Below are positions 63,231 to 64,000 of a stretch of 64,000 nucleotides of DNA, one piece after another. The position numbers were made by a program, and so were the translations under genes. Position 1 is the first letter of the stretch; every line of letters starts with the position of its first letter. The stretch covers positions 6,609 to 70,608 of the forward strand of contig JAKPEE010000128.1 in NCBI GenBank assembly GCA_029552125.1, written 5' to 3'. This DNA is from Bacillota bacterium (GTDB taxonomy: Bacteria; Bacillota; Dethiobacteria; DTU022). The notes under the pieces were generated by a model. The model did no database searches. It saw nothing but the letters and a program-made list of their open reading frames with translations, and was not told the DNA's origin.

Positions 63231-63707
63231 ATGTCTTTTACTGCAGCGCCGGAGGTAGAACGGGTCCGCCGCTATGTGCAAAACTTTGATCCGGCCCTTG
63301 AGCCGCGGGAGTACCCGGAGAGCACGGAAACCGCAGTTGACGCCGCCCGCGTCCTGGGGGTGGAGTTGGGACAGATCGCCAAGTCGATCCTGTTTAAATG
63401 CGGTGAACGATACGGGCTTTTTATCCTGGCCGGGGATATGCGCATGGATCAAAAGAAAGTCAAAGAGCTTCTGGGCGGGGGGAAAACGAAGGTGGCCAGC
63501 CCTGAAGAGGTGGAACAGGTTACCGGCTTTAAAGTGGGAGGGGTCTGCCCCTTTGCCCTGAAAACGGAGATACCCGTTTTCCTGGACCGCTCCATGCAGC
63601 GCTTCGCGAAAATTTATACCGCCGCCGGATCTTCCCGCGCCGTGCTGCCGCTGACCTTCGTCCAGCTGGAGGCCATTACCGGCGGCCGCGTCATTGACGT
63701 AAATTGA
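63231..63707 (+). CDS. YbaK/EbsC-type aminoacyl-tRNA editing (deacylase) domain protein
   Basis: GQIAKSILFK......LAGD.R.D.KK...LLG. 158 aa. Confidence 0.7.
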   Translation: MSFTAAPEVERVRRYVQNFDPALEPREYPESTETAVDAARVLGVELGQIAKSILFKCGERYGLFILAGDMRMDQKKVKELLGGGKTKVASPEEVEQVTGFKVGGVCPFALKTEIPVFLDRSMQRFAKIYTAAGSSRAVLPLTFVQLEAITGGRVIDVN

Positions 63708-63860
63708 GGCGGCCGCTGCAGGGATCTTGGAATACAGTAGACAGTAGACAGGATAAAGGAGTATAGGGAACAGAAGTCAGTTTAGTTGGTTATAGTTAGT
63801 ATTCAGTATTAAGCAGTTAGTAGTAGTCCTTTCTCCTGTATTCTGTTTTCTGCCTCACTT

Positions 63861-63903
63861 CCCCCCCCACCCCGACCCTCCCCCACCAGGGGGGAGGGAG
63901 TAT
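63861..63903 (+). repeat. REP-like repeat (divergent copy)
   Basis: CCCCCCCCACCCCGACCCTCCCCCACCAGGGGGGAGGGAGTAT. Confidence 0.6.
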
Positions 63904-63926
63904 TGAGACCCCGGCTTTTATCTTTT

Positions 63927-63954
63927 CTTCTGAATTCTGGCTTCTGACTTCTGG
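63927..63954 (-). repeat. GTCAGAAG-type module, inverted relative to 41014..41065
   Basis: Its reverse complement reads CCAGAAGTCAGAAGCCAGAATTCAGAAG. Confidence 0.6.
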
Positions 63955-64000
63955 ATTACCATTGACCGTCTAAAGCTACTATCTAGTTCTCCTGTCTCCT

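Overview
This 64-kb window comes from a high-GC, spore-forming Firmicute. The taxon is an inference from gene content: spoIIM-like, ytaF, remA, and the Bacillus-type ylo and polA-mutM-ytaF-coaE gene orders. I see three zones.

(1) 0.3-17.3 kb is a defence island. A seven-gene same-strand operon encodes an SNF2 helicase fused to a DUF3883-like nuclease, a frameshifted low-GC UvrD-like helicase, a DUF1156 Zn-ribbon DPPY methyltransferase, an unknown 143-aa protein, a DUF1828/1829-like protein and a DUF499 ATPase. This is an Hma/MADS-like methylation-associated system with extra cargo. It is followed by a McrBC type IV restriction pair whose McrB has a long N-terminal reader region, and by a DUF2442/DUF4160 pair.

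(2) 17.3-31 kb is a patchwork accessory region. It holds gene remnants (a histidine-kinase tail, a coiled-coil fragment, a broken DUF5615 toxin), an IPT/TIG surface protein, a membrane-anchored alpha/beta hydrolase, two paralogous lipoprotein cassettes, two near-identical GEMM-I-like cyclic-dinucleotide riboswitch copies and several acidic lipoproteins. One riboswitch copy drives an acidic repeat lipoprotein and the other is orphaned.

(3) 31-64 kb is conserved core:
- hbd-like, yloB-type Ca-ATPase, yicC, remA, gmk, rpoZ, coaBC, priA, def, fmt, rsmB, prpC, prkC, rsgA, rpe
- an FMN-riboswitch-controlled ribD-E-BA-H operon
- polA, mutM, ytaF, coaE, an SLT transglycosylase and an IDH-like dehydrogenase
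- a CN-hydrolase pair (one a likely pseudoenzyme) and a YbaK-like deacylase

A family of about 40-nt C-rich/G-rich hairpin (REP-like) repeats is scattered through the intergenic regions. I recognised no rRNA, tRNA, CRISPR array, integrase or transposase. All calls rest on reading the sequence and the ORF translations by eye. No searches were run.
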